The notes beneath the pieces are model-generated. The model saw only the letters and a list, made by a program, of their open reading frames with translations, searched no databases and was not told the origin of the DNA. 64,000 nt of DNA, from the NCBI GenBank assembly GCA_025201805.1, contig MU619308.1:1-64000 (forward strand). The letters are read 5' to 3'. Position 1 is the first letter of the stretch. Every line of letters starts with the position of its first letter. Shown in pieces: positions 63,020-64,000 of the stretch. The stretch is from Parasitella parasitica NRRL 2501. Taxonomy: Eukaryota > Fungi > Mucoromycota. The translations under genes and the position numbers were made by a program.

Positions 63020-63790
63020 GTTAATATGCATTTTTTTTTTTTTGTCTAAAGGTCGACGTTTTTTGTGGCAAACTATTTATTTGTATAAGCCATACAATGG
63101 GAAAAAGGTTGCATGAGGGTATGATGCATGTCTGATGTTGATTTGGGTCGAGCGTGGTAGAAAGAGATGTAGTACTTGATGCTGGGTTTACAAGGTCCTG
63201 GAAATATCACTGGCGAAGTGTCATAGACATGGAACCATGGATAACCTCTGTTGCTATTAACATTTTCAAACTTGATCATAGTTCATTAATTTCTTCTCTT
63301 TTGTCACCTACAGGTGTCCAATCTGACCCCTTGGCCCTGCTTATACTTAATACGTAATTCATACTGAAAGATCAATAAAGATACAAAAAAAAAAAAAAGA
63401 AAGAGATGTAGTGTGGCAAGCTCAAAAAAACTAATTGTACCTTAGGTTTAAGTGAAGTTTTAGTCAAACATTTTGTATCATCCATGTTAAATAAACACAA
63501 CAATGATGGGATTTAAGGTTCTTGGAGATGCAAAGAGCTTTCCCTCCAGAATCAAACGATCGTAATTTACTCTCTGTCTTCTAGAAGCAGATTCATGCAT
63601 AAATTTAGTATGTGGCGAAATGCTAGTGCTGTAATCTGGAAAGTATCTCTTGTCAAGATCCTTAATATTCTCGCTTTTCAGATTCGCCAATCGTCTTTAT
63701 TTTCCAAATAAAGTGTCCTAAATGTTCTTGGCTGACCCATTTTGCTGAACCATTAGCCATGTTGAGTGATAAACACATGACTGTCCTTTC
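63020..63790 (-). pseudogene. Decayed coding-like remnant, possibly the C-terminal part of a DNA-transposon ORF
   Basis: Broken ORFs 63487-63690 (YDRLILEGKLFASPR) and 63073-63279 (IKYYISFYH). No intact gene model, and the family call is only an impression. Confidence 0.25.
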
Positions 63791-64000
63791 AGAAGAAATT
63801 TTCAAAAGAGACAAGCTGGAGGATTGAACACCTAACCTCTTTTCTTTACATTATTACAATTGACCTAAAAAAAAAAAAACCAACTGATTAAAAATTAAAA
63901 ATTAAAAATTAAAAATTTAAGCAATGCTTGATACGTTATTATCACGTTTAAAAGAGGAAATAGCGATTGACGGAACAAAAGGTATAATAGATTTATCAAG

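Noticed and set aside
63888-63920. (TTAAAAA)4 run
   Set aside because: Ordinary low-complexity AT repeat.

Overview
Eukaryotic, AT-rich, intron-rich DNA (mostly 50-70 nt GT-AG introns) from an early-diverging fungus, almost certainly Mucorales/Mucoraceae. The evidence for this is a Mucor-type secreted FAD glucose dehydrogenase, a CotH-family gene and a DIRS retroelement. About 21 protein genes can be supported: Sec14-like, RPP1, SPP1/CFP1, a multi-TM orphan, FAD-GDH, p23/SBA1, an NHP10-like HMG protein, MET14, a MARVEL-like protein, PHO8, SOD2, YPT7, SKT5/CHS4, BET5, RRN5, PhoD-like, CotH, MED10, kaptin/KPTN, LSB6 PI4KII, a PPxY membrane protein and a P450. There are also two candidate unannotated small genes. 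Two transposon islands (1-5 kb and 46.7-49.7 kb) are built from the same repeat families; one contains a base-resolved, three-level nest (DIRS < solo LTR < solo LTR). The most interesting signals are (i) a kaptin ortholog, a subunit of the KICSTOR mTORC1-regulating complex that is usually regarded as absent from fungi, and (ii) its stop codon physically overlapping the stop codon of the convergent PI4KII gene on a shared TTAA, which forces sense/antisense transcripts. All exon structures and family calls were made by eye, and no database search was run.
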